Assembly: GCA_976551045.1 (NCBI GenBank)
Contig: CDPCPM010000056.1
Span: 18,476,001-18,540,000, forward strand
Reading direction: 5' to 3'
Length of the DNA: 64,000 nt
Source: Glaucostegus cemiculus
Lineage: Eukaryota
Position numbers and translations under genes: made by a program. Under the pieces are notes generated by a model that saw only the letters and a program-made list of their open reading frames with translations, was not told the DNA's origin and did not search any database. The stretch's first letter is position 1. Each line of letters opens with the position of its first letter. Shown one piece after another: positions 25,016 through 37,908 of this stretch.

Positions 25016-28000
25016 AGCTGGAAAAGGAGTCCTAACAGAGATTTCAGATGTTTACTTATTTCAGAATTGTCAGCCGGCAGAGGGGAACACATAAAAACTG
25101 CTGTGCTTAGTGTGAGCAAAGGAATAAAACGAATCAGGAGTATGAAGTATTTAAATATTGGGTATCACTTACATATCTACCTTGCCGACATGGCATCTGA
25201 CAAAGATAATGAAATAATTGAACAAAACTTTAAAGTACAGTCAAGGCTAAACCTGGTGGAAAAATTACAAGTTACTTCTTGCCTAATAACTCTTAAATAG
25301 CAGTTTTTCTTATATGTCTGGTAAGTATTAAATATATGTACATTCTGTTTGAGGATATATCTTGAGGTATTTTGTTTTCACTGTCAAAGATCTGTAAAGT
25401 GTGTTAGCTACCAGATGCTAACAGGCAGAAAAAGATGTGCATTGTATTCGAGTGGAGCTTTGTAGAAGTCAGCACGCTCATAAATTGTCAAGAGACAGGA
25501 AATAGCTCTCTTTTTTTTCTCAAAGAGAACTTGAAACTTTTCCCCCCTTCCTGCACTTGCTTGCTAATAGCACGAATAAAACTTTTAATTAGTGAGGATC
25601 TTTGAAAAGCTCAGCCTCAATGACAAATGATTTAAATGATCCCTTTATTCAGCAGCTGACAGGGACAGAATTTAAAGGCAGCTTTATTACCAAAGAAGCT
25701 TGGGGCAACCTGAAGGTGAGAAAGCTAACCTTCCCTTGGGCTGTCCCGCTTCTCTCTCTGAAGAGGTGGGGACTGCAATTATCCTTTGGCATTTGGTGAT
25801 AAACTGGCAAGAATGAGCATATCATTTACTTTGCGTGACAACAGAAGAGTTACCCTCTTTGAGACCCATAGTCACTGAAACCATATTGCTACAGGCAAGC
25901 AGTGAAGGATTAATTCTGCCATGATTATATACCCATGCAGAGTGCAGAAGAGGTGAGAAAATCTCTCCACAAGGACTTAACTCCCGAGGATTAAACTATT
26001 TCTCCCACTTGTTTACCTCAGTGACTTCCCACATTGGAAGTAGCAAGGTCCTGAATGGAGAAGGACAGGATTCAATTAACTTCATAAGTAATTAAAAGAA
26101 TAAACTGGAACCCTGAAATATTTATTTTAAGTAGGTTATTGCACCACTAAGACAGCCCAGTGTGATTTGAGACAGCCTTTCATTTCAGTATTCTTAGGTT
26201 TATTCTTGGAGTATAATTTTAGCACTTAAATTATTAGCAACAATTTGCATTTTGGTTGGTGTTATCGCTCCATGCACTACCCCCTGTACTATGTACAGCG
26301 TGCAGATACACACAAAATATGGGGCCCTCTATAATAACTTTAACCCAATAGGATGACAGAACATCTGTTAAAATGTGACTTTGATTGGAAATAGAATAGC
26401 ATATTCCTGTGGTGGAGGGAAGCAGATGGAAGAAGTGGGCTTATTTACATCATATCAATAGATGATGAAATGAGTCAATCCAATAATTTAAAGTGATAGC
26501 AACATTTAATCTTTGCTTCTTTCAGACTTTTCACCTTACCAAGTTCTATCTCAGGGGTAAATTACAGAATTAGTGTTAGTAATATATGCAGTGGTAGTAT
26601 TTTAATGTTGTAGGGATGTAACCTATGATGCTTCAAACTCAATGAATGCCTGATCCTCAAAAATAACACTTCCTCACTTTGTGTGGATTGAACTCCTGTT
26701 CTCAGGTGTGGGAGAACAAAGGTTCAATCCACTGCCAAGCTCAGACAATTCGGTCTTGATTGCCTCCCGATTTGGTGTCATATTAGAGCTGGTCCAAAGC
26801 ACTTCCAATAAATCTGCTTCTATTCAGAACTCCAGGAATGGCTCTTACTTCCTCTCAGTTGTAATTTTATCACTGAACTCACTGGTGGATAAAAACTTTG
26901 ACGAAGACCCCTGCAATCATCTCAGCTTGGTTTCACCCTCATGTCAACAAGTGGCAGTCTCTTACTGGTCATTACCTTCTCTCTGTTTCTTCCTCTAAAT
27001 AAACATAACAGGCAATGAGCCATATTGTGGGATGACAAATGTTTTCCTTCTGTGGTGTTGCTACCTGTCTTCTTGACTCTTCAGTCTATTGTGGTACAAG
27101 TTGCAAATCCCTATATAAGGAATGTCAAATGATGATAACGATGCTGAGGTCCATCAGTGAGGCAGCAAAGACAGCAAAACAGGCTGACCTTCAATGTTGA
27201 TAACATCCATAAACACATTTTAGAGAGAGATGCAAATTCTTATACGACTGTGTTTATAAATAGACTTCTGTTTTGGAGAACTGGAGAACTACAGAGCTGT
27301 CCAGTTCTTTGGCAGAACTTGCATCAAAAGAACACCTTGAATTTGAATTAACTGACTGAGTCATCAACTGGCTGGCTGAGTCAATGAAAGGAAGCAAAAA
27401 ATGGAGTAATATATGAACTGCCTCCTAGTGAAAAATAATTAAAATCTGGCCAGTCTTAATGCATAATCAGGTTCTACATCCTAAATCAGTATGACATCCC
27501 TTCCAGCTCTATAATGCAAAGCAACATTCAAATTTAAGCCATATCAGAAAACCTGTCCTGCAAAAAGACTGCATCATTATGAATAACTGAAAAACCAAGA
27601 TTTACTATCTGAGCATATTGCAATTGATACTCAGCACTTCATTGGCCAAGCAGCTGCTCGCTGGGGTCAGTTGACTAGCATAAATCATCAAGCTTTTCCG
27701 TCTGGGCTTGATGTCACTTAAATCCTTCCAGATCAATATTTTATAAATTATTTATGTGTTCATTTGCCTCAGTTTAAAGCTTTGAATCAACTATAAGCAG
27801 TTAATGTAGTTTTGTTTTTTTGCATTTTATGTCATACTATGTCATTTAACTAGGCTGAGAATAAAACATCAGATCTATGGATTTATGGTTATATTTTTCT
27901 AACACTTGTTTCAAAGCTTGAGCATGGATGGTGAAACTGTCAGAAAAATACTGGTTGAGCTCATTGGTTGTAATGGTGGGAGGTGGGGATGGACATTGAT

Positions 28001-28374
28001 CCAATTAAAGTCTAGTTCAGAGCTGGCATTGAAAGGAGGAGTTAGGAAGAAGCACAGCAGCTTGGAATTTTACCAACACGACGCCTTTTACCTTGCAGTT
28101 GGTCAATGGGATGAATAGAAGATCTCTCAGAATATGATGACACCCAATTAAATTGAGAATTTCCCATATCAAGGCAGAAAACATCATACAACGATCTGGC
28201 TAATTGGAGAGCACGTGGACTTTACTGGTAAGTACCTCCTTTATAATCATGTCTGTTAAAATCTGTAACTGGAAGATATTGTTAGAGTTCTCAACCATGA
28301 CTTCAGTATTATTGGAAAGCTCATTTCTCAATGAGATGTGAGGGTTTACTTCTTTAAGGATGTGTACAAACAAA

Positions 28375-28766
28375 GTAGTAGTCGGTTCAAACCGCCTCTA
28401 GGACATTCACACCTGTACTGGGCTGACTCTTCAGTATAATACTCAGGGAGTGGTACATTGTTTGAGATGCCTGTTGCTTCAGTTTGAGTTCCATTGCTCC
28501 ATCAGTCTTGTCACATGGTTATGACAGATCATATGGTGCTAATTAGAGCAGGGAATTCTTGAATGTTCCTGGCCAATATTCTTCCCTCAAACAGCTGGTT
28601 AACTGGTCATTCAATTCAGTCACTGGCAGTAGGACTTGCTGTATGCAAATTAATTGCTTTATTGAACTACTAAATAACAGTGCCTATATTTCAAAAGTAA
28701 TTCATCACAAATAAAGGCCATGAGGATATGATGAGGAGGGATGTATCTGTGCAAATTCTTTTTTTT
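28375..28766 (+). mobile_element. Deu-domain SINE, old copy
   Basis: ggttcaaacc B-box-like, then agagcagggaattct...cctggccaatattcttccctcaa...ctggtcatt...cttgctgtatgcaaatt...aacagtg...ttcaaaagtaattcat. Confidence 0.7.
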
Positions 28767-29689
28767 CTCAGTTGGACTTTGATTCCTTCCCAGATTAAAG
28801 ACTTCTAATAAAATCAAAATGATGAGAACCCAGGATAGGCTAAATATAGGAACAGAAGCAGCTTTTATATAACTGGCTGGATGTCAAAGGAACAACCTAA
28901 ATATACTGCTCTCCCTCATTTGCATTTGAATAGTGCAGGCTGTCTCAGTGTAAGTCATCGCAAAAGCCTGGATTCCAGCATGTAGTACATAGATACACAT
29001 ACTGGGCTGCACACAAAGTTCCAACATTATGGTCCTGATGTTTGTGAGAAGGTGATAAGAGAGAGTGGGGGTGGGGAGTGAGTGGAAAATGGCCAAAGAA
29101 CTTAGCATAGTTCCAATTTTAATGCCAGACAGCCTCATTAACATCCTGTGGTTATGTCTTCTACATGGAAGCAGCCAAAAGGACATTCTGCTGGGGCTGG
29201 TAGGCCAGGGCTAACCTTCATGGCACACAGCTCCAGACTGGGTTACTTGTGGAAGATCCCCTGTAACCAGGAGGGGAAATGGTCTGAGTTCAAGGCTGGG
29301 GTAAGAGGAAATCTGTTGACTGGGGCTTCAGAAGGACGGTGATGGAGACTGGGAGTAGGCCTGCCATTTAGGAGCAGGGATAGGACTGATGTAAGCTGGG
29401 GGCTGCCCTGTGATTATAAGTGAGGAAGCGACCTGTGATGGGGTGGGGTGTGAGGTCTGTGATCAAAGGTGAAGTGAGGCTTTGTTCTGGGGCCTTCTAT
29501 TTCTCCATTCTTACATGCAGCCACTTCCCTTGGGGAGACAGCATCTCCTGTCTTCGTTTCACTGCTATGTTTTACAACCCATACATAACCTGTGCATTAA
29601 GTTTCAGACCAACTTTCCTGGGGCACCTCAGCCCTCCTCTCCACAGTAGGACAATCAGACAGACCAATATTCACCATCCTAAAACATAT

Positions 29690-30030
29690 AAACATACATC
29701 TAAGAGTAAATGTAGGTTAATCAGCTCCTTGATTGTGCTCCACAGTACAATAAAATCACCACTGATCTGACTGTAACCTCAATGCCACTTCCTGCATACC
29801 CCAAGTAATCTTTCACCCCCTCGCTTATCAAAGATCTAAAAAATATTCTAAGTCTCTGTTCCCACTGCCTTTGAGGAATAGAGTTGTGAACACTCAAGTC
29901 TCCAGGAGTGAAACACATTTTGCCTCACCTCTATCTTTAACGGTAGATCCATTATCTTTAAACAGTGATCCCTCGTTCTAGATTTTGGCACAATAGGAAA
30001 CATCTTCTCCATGTTCATTCTGTCAAAGTT
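29690..30030 (-). mobile_element. CR1 LINE 3' end
   Basis: FDRMNMEKMFPIVPKSRTRDHCLKI...KIEVRQNVF resembles the CR1 ORF2 C-terminus and is followed by the 3' UTR. Confidence 0.85.
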
Positions 30031-30280
30031 CTTGCCCTCACCCTTCCCTCCCCAGGGTCTTAGAGAAAGCCATATGTAGGATGGGTTAAGGTCACAATCC
30101 ATGTATTTCACTTTTAGTAATCCAGAGTTGCTCAGGTTGTCCCAATGTGTTTGAATGGCAGATTGTTAGAAGGATAAGCTATAATGGGCAATGTAATCTT
30201 GCCGTCATTGAGTTTTTTGTGTTCTTAAGATAGCAAACTACAAATTCTTTGTCTGCTGTGTATTCATGTCATTGAATCAT

Positions 30281-30298
30281 GGGGGGGGGGGGGGGGGG
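30281..30298. repeat. Poly-G (G18) tract
   Basis: Direct reading; G-quadruplex-capable. Confidence 0.95.
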
Positions 30299-30319
30299 CG
30301 CGGTACCTTACTGGAGGAG

Positions 30320-31290
30320 ACTGGCCAACTCACTGGCTCTTTAGCAGAGTTTTCCAACTAGTCCCAGTGCCCTGTTTTCCCTTAGCCCTACAAATTATTG
30401 TTATTATTTGTTTTAATCCAAGTCATTGATCAATATCCAAATGCTGAATCTGTTTTTACCATCCCAATCAGAAAGAATATTTCAAAGCACATCAACAAGT
30501 TATGTTAAAAAATATCTAATGTTACCTCCTGTTTGTTTGTCAGCCACCTTAACTTTGCGTCCTCTGGTTACCAACCCTTCTGCCCCTGGAAGCAGGTTTT
30601 CCTTATTTCTTTTAGCAAACCTTTCATGACTTTGAATTCCTTCATCAAGTGTCTTCCTTCACTTACTATGCTCCAAGAGGAACAAGCCAGTTTCTCCACA
30701 TAACTGAGGTCCTCTACACATCGTACTGTTCTAGTCAATTTCTCTGCACATTCCCTGAGGCTTGACATCTGTCTTAAATTTTGCTGTCCAAAATTGAACC
30801 TAATATCTTAATTAATATTTTGTAAAAATTTATCAAAGCTTTTTATTCAACCACCATCTCAATTTGTTGTGATACCTCAAAAGTGTGTTACTCTCTTTTT
30901 TTACTGGGCCATCTATAAATTATGCTATTGAGTTAACAATATATCTCCTTATTCAATCTACAGAAGTCTCACTTCATAGTTCGTATTGTTAAATTTTGGT
31001 TATCACCGATCTGTCTTTCCCACTATTATGCTTATATGTATTACTGTCCTCTTCATTGCTTGATATGTTTCTGAGTTTTATTCCTTCTACAGACTTTGAA
31101 ATTATGCCCAATTATAGATCACTGGCACCAGTCCAAAGGAAGCGTGATCTTAGTATTGCTTCCCGGAATACATTTCTGTAAGCTTCCAGTCTGTAAAACA
31201 GTTATTTATACTTACACCATTTTCTGTTCCTTAGTTATATTTGCATCCTTAGTACATCACCCTTTCATTCCATGGCCTACAGTTTTACGA
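30320..31290 (-). mobile_element. Old CR1 LINE 3' fragment
   Basis: LTRTVRCVEDLSYVEKL...LMKEFKVMKGL resembles CR1 FTRMIPGL..LSYEERL...LIEVFKIMKG. Heavily decayed. Confidence 0.65.
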
Positions 31291-32078
31291 ACTAGTGCTT
31301 GGAAACAATGACTGGCATTGAAATTCTGAAATATGTACCCTTGTTTGTATATTATTCATACTTTATTACAAATAGATCTATTATAGAGATGAAACTGTAT
31401 GCAAAACACTCCCAGAATGGCTTTATGCATTCTCAAAGGTTTGATAGTTCCATTTCCCCCATCAATCTCCATTTTTGATAACCACTAGGAAAGATTGCAA
31501 TTTTATGTTATATTGTACTAAATTTGTATCAGTTTCACACCTGATGAAAGCTGCCCAAATTCATTTCATGTACAGCCCTTATCAAATGCAAGGAAACTTC
31601 ATCTCTTGAGTATGCACAGGATTCACACCCTTGTACAATGACAGTGCATTAACTCATTCAGCACCAGTTCACCATATTTATCAGTCTTAATAAAATAACA
31701 GCAGGATTTAAGCACTGTTGCTTTTGTATATATATCTTTGGACTTTCAGGTGTAGTCACCTGGTTATGCCATAGAGCATAGCACATGGATTTCACTCAGT
31801 TTTCTCTGTTACAGAAACATTACACTTCAGGGAAGGATTCAATCACACAAAGTCAATACAATCTGAGAACTAGATCTTCAGTCTGACATGAAACTTGGAA
31901 CTACACTTGCACAATGATGGACCTTGGTAAGTTATAAATGCACGCTGTATCTGTAACTCTCAGATGACATTTCAGAGTTAATTTTCCTGGCCAGTCCCTG
32001 AATAACATCCAGGTGGTACTTGTCATCAGTAAGGCAAAGAGGCAGTTTGGGTGAGTTTCTCCAGCCTTCTACTTCACT

Positions 32079-32652
32079 GCAGGTGGAGTTTAACCAGGGC
32101 AAGTGTGAGGTGTTGCACTTTGGGAGGTCTAATGTAAGTGGAAAGTATACAGTTAATGGCAGGATCCTTAACAGCATTGATGTAAAGAGGGATCTTGGGG
32201 TCTAAGTCCATAGCTCCCTGAAAGTGGCCGCACAAGTAGATAGGGTGGTAAAGAAGGCATATGACATGCTTGCCTTCATTGGTCAGGGCATTGAATTTAA
32301 GAATAAGTAAGTCACATTGCAGGTGGATAAAACTTTGGTTAGGCTGCACTTGGAGTACTGTGTGTAATTCTGGTCACCCCATTACAGGAAGAATGTGGAG
32401 GCTTTGGAAAGGATACAGAAGAGGATTACTAGGATGCTGCCTGAATTGGAGGGTATCAGCTATAAGGAGAGGTTGGAGAAACTTGGGTTGTTTTCTCTGG
32501 ACTGTCAGAGAAGAATTGATGGAAGTTTAGAGGCATAGATAGGGTAGACAGTCAAATCCCTTTCCCAGGGTAGGAATGTCAAATGCTATAAGACACGCAT
32601 TTCAGGTGAGGGGGGAAAGTTTAAACAAGATGAGTGGGGCAAGTTTATTTTT
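32079..32652 (+). mobile_element. CR1 (HER1-like) ORF2 C-terminal fragment
   Basis: QVEFNQGKCEVLHFGRSNVSGKYTVNGRILNSIDVKRDLGV..., then LEYCV*FWSPHYRKNVEALERIQKRITRMLPELEGISYKERLEKLGLFSL. Confidence 0.92.
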
Positions 32653-33129
32653 TAGTCATTCCCATAAACCACCTTCCATGTTAAACACATAGAGGCAGTT
32701 GCTGAGTTTGCCAATGAAGCTGATTTCATTACTGATTCCAATTTCTTCGGAAAATTATCTGTTTTCCTGAAATGAAGTTTTGTTTCCTTTTTTCTTAAAG
32801 CAACATTTTCCTTGTTTCCATTTCATGTTGGGAAATGCCACTGAAATGAAGAAGCTCAAGTTTGGCGACACCATGCACAAGCCAACCATTATCTTTGCAA
32901 AACGCTGGTCATTTCAAAAGTGATCTTCTTCTGTCCCATTCTTATATGAACAATTTGACCTTCCATAATCCCTTCCTCTTGCTGTGATCCTACACAAAAG
33001 CTTCTTTCTTAGCCTTTCTCTTTCATTATTATAATTCTAGAAATGGCCAGACACACAAAGATAAATGTCATCATACAGTGCCTTTTTCAGTCTTGTTAGT
33101 CACGTGATACAATGATAAGGGAGTTCTCA

Positions 33130-33440
33130 CTTAGAACATAGAGCACTGAAATAGGTCAGTTAGCCCCATCGATCTACTTGGTCTTTACGCACCACTTTAG
33201 CCCCCTCCCTTTCTATCCCATCCAGCTCCACTGGTGTAACTCTCTATTCCCTTCTCCCTTTTGTGCTTCATAGGCTTCTTCTTAAATCCACTTTTAATAC
33301 TCATCACAACCCTCCTCGTGGTTTGGTGGTCCAACAATTTCACTGATCTCTAGGCAAAAAAAACTTCTTCTGAATTGTCTATTCAGTTTTCTATCATTGA
33401 GCTTACATTGAAGTTCTCTAGTTTTGCTCGTTCCCACAAA
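33130..33440 (-). mobile_element. Old CR1 3' end
   Basis: agaacatagagcactgaaataggtca.ttagcccc...ccaacaatttcactgatctctaggcaaaaaa..ttcttctgaatt...ctctagttttgctcgttcccacaa. Confidence 0.6.
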
Positions 33441-33503
33441 TGCTTTTGAAGATACAGAAACAGATCCTCTCTAGTTGCAGGATTTAGCTTGTAAACACCC
33501 ATT

Positions 33504-33541
33504 GTTCAGTAGCCAAATTAGTTCAGTAGCCAAATTAGTTC
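33504..33541. repeat. 17-bp tandem duplication
   Basis: (GTTCAGTAGCCAAATTA)2 GTTC. Confidence 0.9.
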
Positions 33542-34070
33542 CAATATGTTGGGCAATCCAAGTATGTATGTTTATGGTGTGAGTGATGTTTTCCTGTTTA
33601 TTGTTAGATTCTGTAGTGCACAATGAACACCTGCTGGAAGAGGCACATCACGTCAATCAGCATGCAGTGTTACACTCCTATAAACTGGACCTCAGCTCTT
33701 CAGTTAAGGCCCCCTTATAACCTTGAACAACAGCAGGAACCTTTCCCAAATACACCCCCTCTGCTTGATAAGTTTTATTAATAGAGTTTCTTAACTACAA
33801 ACACGTTATTTGCCAATACATTTTTACATTGCCTGTTGTTAAGAATGCTATAGCTATGTCATGCTTTCTGTATTTATTTAGATTGCTGAATTATAAGGAG
33901 TGCTGTGTTAAGTGCTGAAGGACTTTTTCTTAACTTAAGCTTTCTCTAACACCTAGTGTCCCTGAACAAGGGCAACATTCCCTATGTACCACTTGATCAG
34001 GAGAATGAGCAGATGTCACAGAAAATAGGACAAGCAACTGGAAAAGTAAGGAAGAGGAGAGGAGGAAGGA

Positions 34071-34655
34071 TTCAGAATCAGAATCAGAATCAGTTTTATT
34101 GTCACTACCATATACAGATACAGTATGCATAGGAGTGAAATACCGTACTCTACAGGTCAAGGTGCACGTCACATTAAAAAAAAGAGAAACAGGCACTGAG
34201 AAACACAAAGACAGAGAGACACTAAAAACATTAGAATCACAAAATTAAAATTATACAACTTAAATAAATAATCTTAAGGTGAGCCTACTGGCAGCAGACA
34301 TTTAAAGTGCTGGTGCATTTCTATACGCCTAGCAGCCTTTAGTGTTGGCGGGAGTGATGGCGGGATGAGGGAGTTCACAGTTCTAATAGCTTGTGGGAAG
34401 AAGCTATTGCCCAGTCTAGTTGTCCTTGCCCGGATGCACTTGAGCCTTCTTCCAGACGGCAAGAGTGTGAAGAGATGGTAGGAGGGGTGAGAAGGGTCCG
34501 ACATTATATTTGTGGCCTTTCTAACACATCGATCCTTATGTATATCTGCAATAGAGGGTAGAGAGACACCTATGATCTTCTCCGCCGCTCTCACTATACT
34601 CTGGAGGGACTTCCGACCAGCAGCTGAGCAGCTCCCAAAGTCATATCCACCACAG
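34071..34655 (-). mobile_element. Rex1/Babar LINE 3' end (young), ORF end plus 3' UTR and (CTGATT)n tail
   Basis: FGSCSAAGRKSLQSIVRAAEKIIGVSLPSIADIHKDRCVRKATNIMSDPSHPSYHLFTLLPSGRRLKCIRARTTRLGNSFFPQAIR, the characteristic Rex1 C-terminus, with no stops. Confidence 0.92.
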
Positions 34656-34684
34656 AGTTGAGAGAGCAGCTCTCCTATCTGAAT

Positions 34685-35423
34685 CATATACAGTGAATGG
34701 CAGGACCCTTACGAGCATTGACATACAGAGGAATCTTGGGGTGCAAGTCCAGTGCTCCCTGGAAGTGGCAACACGAGTAGATGGGGTTGTAAAGAAGATG
34801 TACGGCATGATTGCCTTCAACTATCAGGGTGATGAGTATAAAAGTCAGGAATTCATGTTGCAGTGGTGTGAAACTTTAGTTAGGCCACCTTTGGAGTAGC
34901 ATGTGCAGTTTTGGTCACCACATTACAGGAAGGATGTGGAAGCTATGGAAAGGGGGCAGAAGACGTTCACCAGTATGTTGTCTGGATTGGAGAGTATTAG
35001 CTCTAAGGAGAAGTTAGACAAACTTGGATTATTTTCTCTGGAGAGTCAGAGGTTGAGGGGTGACCTGATGGAAGTATATAAAATTATGAGAAACATAGAT
35101 AGGAGAGATAGTCAGAATCTTTTTCTTTGGGTGGAAGTATCAAATACTAGAGAGCATAGCTTTAAGGTGAGAGAGTGAAAGTTTAAGGGAAATTTACAAG
35201 GCAAATCTTTTACAAAGAGAGTGATAATTGCCTAGAACATGCTGGAAGCAAATATGATAGTGGCGTTTAACAGGCTTTCAGATAGATTCATCAATATGCA
35301 GGACATGGAGAGATATGCATCATGTGCATGCAGAAGAGATTTAGTTTAATTTGGCTTTGTGTTAGGCACAGGCATTGTAGCCAAAGGGCCTGTTCCTGTG
35401 CTGTACTGTTCTATGTCCTATGT
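34685..35423 (+). mobile_element. CR1 (HER1-like) 3' portion with tail
   Basis: NGRTLTSIDIQRNLGVQV...QFWSPHYRKDVEAMER...LGLFSLESQRLRGDLMEVYKIM, and tail gggcctgttcctgtgctgtactgttctatgtcctatg. Confidence 0.92.
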
Positions 35424-37089
35424 AACCTTAGTGAGGAACTGTGTGTGAAAGACTTCAGTTAGCAACACTAAGCTGGGAGGACAGCTGCAGAGCTCTCATG
35501 ACTGGTGTCTGGGCTTCTGCTTCAGCGACCAGCCATTAGGTGGCTTCTGCTTTTGTTCCAATTGAAAATGAGATTTCAGGTTCTATATTATTGTTATAGT
35601 TGGGTCCACAGTTTGCTGAAGGAGATGCCCATGTTCGAAATTAAGTCTGTAATCTTCCATCTTTCTTAACATCGTTGACTTGTGTTAGCACAGGCTGGCC
35701 AATGTTCTCAGCACTTCACTGCACAATCAGCCTTTTTCTCTGGGTTTCCCCACTAAAGTCCTCATCTGTTCCCTCTGCAGCTGACCTTGCATCAACACCA
35801 TCCTTTCACGCTGCTCTGGCTGCAAGTCACTTTTGCCCAGAGGCTCAATGCTACAAATCCTATCTAAACTAGCCTTTAAATTACACACAGAGTCAGCACG
35901 TGAGTTTGTAGCAGAGATGTTAAAATGAGTTGTAGTGTGTCTTTATCCTCACTTTCCTCTTGCTTTTCAACCAGCTGCCCTTGTAAGGTAGCAATTCTTG
36001 GCTGTGTGAAAGCAGAAAGGCACAAGGTTCGAGTTGTGACGCTGAGGATTGGGAGCTAGGGGAAATTAAAAGGGGTAGTATTCTTACACCACTGGCAGCT
36101 TAAACATCAGAAGAGATTTTACAATGAGAGGGGAATGGGATGTGAAGCAATTAGGTTTGAGAACAACAACATTTTTATGGCTTCTGCCTTGCTATAGGCT
36201 ACAGACTCCGTAATGGCTCCTGCAAGTTTGACAAGCATTATCTCCTCCCTGGCACTAAGGAGACACAGATAGAGTTGTCCCTCTACAGTTAGCCATGCCT
36301 GCCTGCAGATAAGAACTGTCTTGTCCTGCAAAAGAGGAAAAGGACAAGGGTGTCACATTTATGTTTCAATGATGTTCCTCTCAGTGTGTGCAGCTTTTGA
36401 GATGAGAGTGTGAGGCTTGCAGCAGCATTATGTGTGTGAGGGTGTGATGGAGTCCTCATTGATAAAGATTCATGGTGGGTGAACAATGGCAATATGGTGT
36501 ATTAATTGGTATCTGAATCCTAAGTGCACTTGGTAGGCTACAGATTTTGAAGACGGTTTCATTTATTTTGATCATTCTTGCAAGGTAATTAAACTTGTTA
36601 TAGATCTATTTCAAGTCCTCAAAACTTGAATTGTGGCATTGAGCACCAGAGTTCTCTTCCTTCGGCTGCCTTCATTAGATTTGTCTGGTGGGTCCCTTCA
36701 TCCCCGCAGAAACAGGACAACTCTCCTGCTTTGCACCTCCTCCACCAGGCCCTCCAGTAATCAGAAAACCATGTGATCTATTTTATGACTGCCTCCCAGA
36801 GTGAATTTTAGAATATTTCCCAGCACCTGTTGTAGCAACAGTCCATGTAAGAGATGCAAGTACCACAGGTTAGCTTTAACATTGAGTCCCAGCTACTCAA
36901 TGCATTATGCCCATTACCAAGGCAAAAATAGAGATTGCTGCAGACCATACATGTGTAAATAAGAAAGCACCATATACATGGTCTCCTGTTTCCTGCATCT
37001 GTTTATAGCGGCTGGCCTATTTAGTCTCATATCTACTCTAGGAAAGCCTTGCTTCATGTTAAAGGTCATCAAAAAATGAATATAACCTT

Positions 37090-37720
37090 GTAGTTTTGGC
37101 ATCATCTTTGTAAATCATCTTTTCTACCTTCTCCAATGTCTCTGTATGGTACAAGAACTGCACAATGTACTTCAATCATGGTCAAAGCAAAGTTCGATAC
37201 AAATTTGGCATAGCTCTTTTCTTCTCAATTTTCAATCCCTGATGCATAGTTTTCCTTTAAAACAGCCTTATTGAGCTGTGTTAAAGTTTTGAGTGATTTG
37301 TGGATCCAAGAATTATTTGGTCTTTTATCCCACCTATATTCTGTTTTTTCAAATAATATGTCCTTCCTTATTTTTTAAATTCAAATATAATACCTCACAC
37401 TTATCAACACTGAAATTCATTTGCTAGTCATATGCCTATTCTGCAAGTTTATTTATTTATTACAGTCTTCCTCAGTGACAGTGCTTCTTTCCAATTTTTT
37501 ATCATCCACAAATTTGGAAATTGTCCTTCTGATTCCAAAGTCTAAATCATTAATTTTAGTTGTGAATAAGTGTAAATTGTTTAGTTGTGAATTTAGTTTT
37601 GAATCATTGACACCCCTTCCCATATTCTGACACTTTAGTTATCTTTTCCACTGCCCTTTGCTATGTGCCTTTCAGGCAGCCAGCAATCTTTTCCACAATG
37701 TCGTCAACTAATCCAAGTAA
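37090..37720 (-). mobile_element. Old CR1 RT-region fragment
   Basis: catctttgtaaatc...aagaactgcacaatgtacttca...tacctcacacttatcaacactgaaattcatttgc...atcatccacaaatttgg (minus strand resembles SKFADD, MKFN..KCEV). Confidence 0.65.
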
Positions 37721-37765
37721 TTAGTCTTAATATTTGGAACATGGCCTGAATGTTACAAACCTGTA

Positions 37766-37908
37766 NNNNNNNNNNNNNNNNNNNNNNNNNNNNNNNNNNN
37801 NNNNNNNNNNNNNNNNNNNNNNNNNNNNNNNNNNNNNNNNNNNNNNNNNNNNNNNNNNNNNNNNNNNNNNNNNNNNNNNNNNNNNNNNNNNNNNNNNNNN
37901 NNNNNNNN
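37766..37908. other. Assembly gap (143 N)
   Basis: Run of N. Confidence 1.

Noticed and set aside
34274-34687. 137-aa ORF as a host gene (this peptide type is often auto-annotated as ALKBH8-like/DUF1891)
   Set aside because: It is the C-terminus of a Rex1/Babar LINE ORF, followed by a LINE 3' UTR and a tandem tail.
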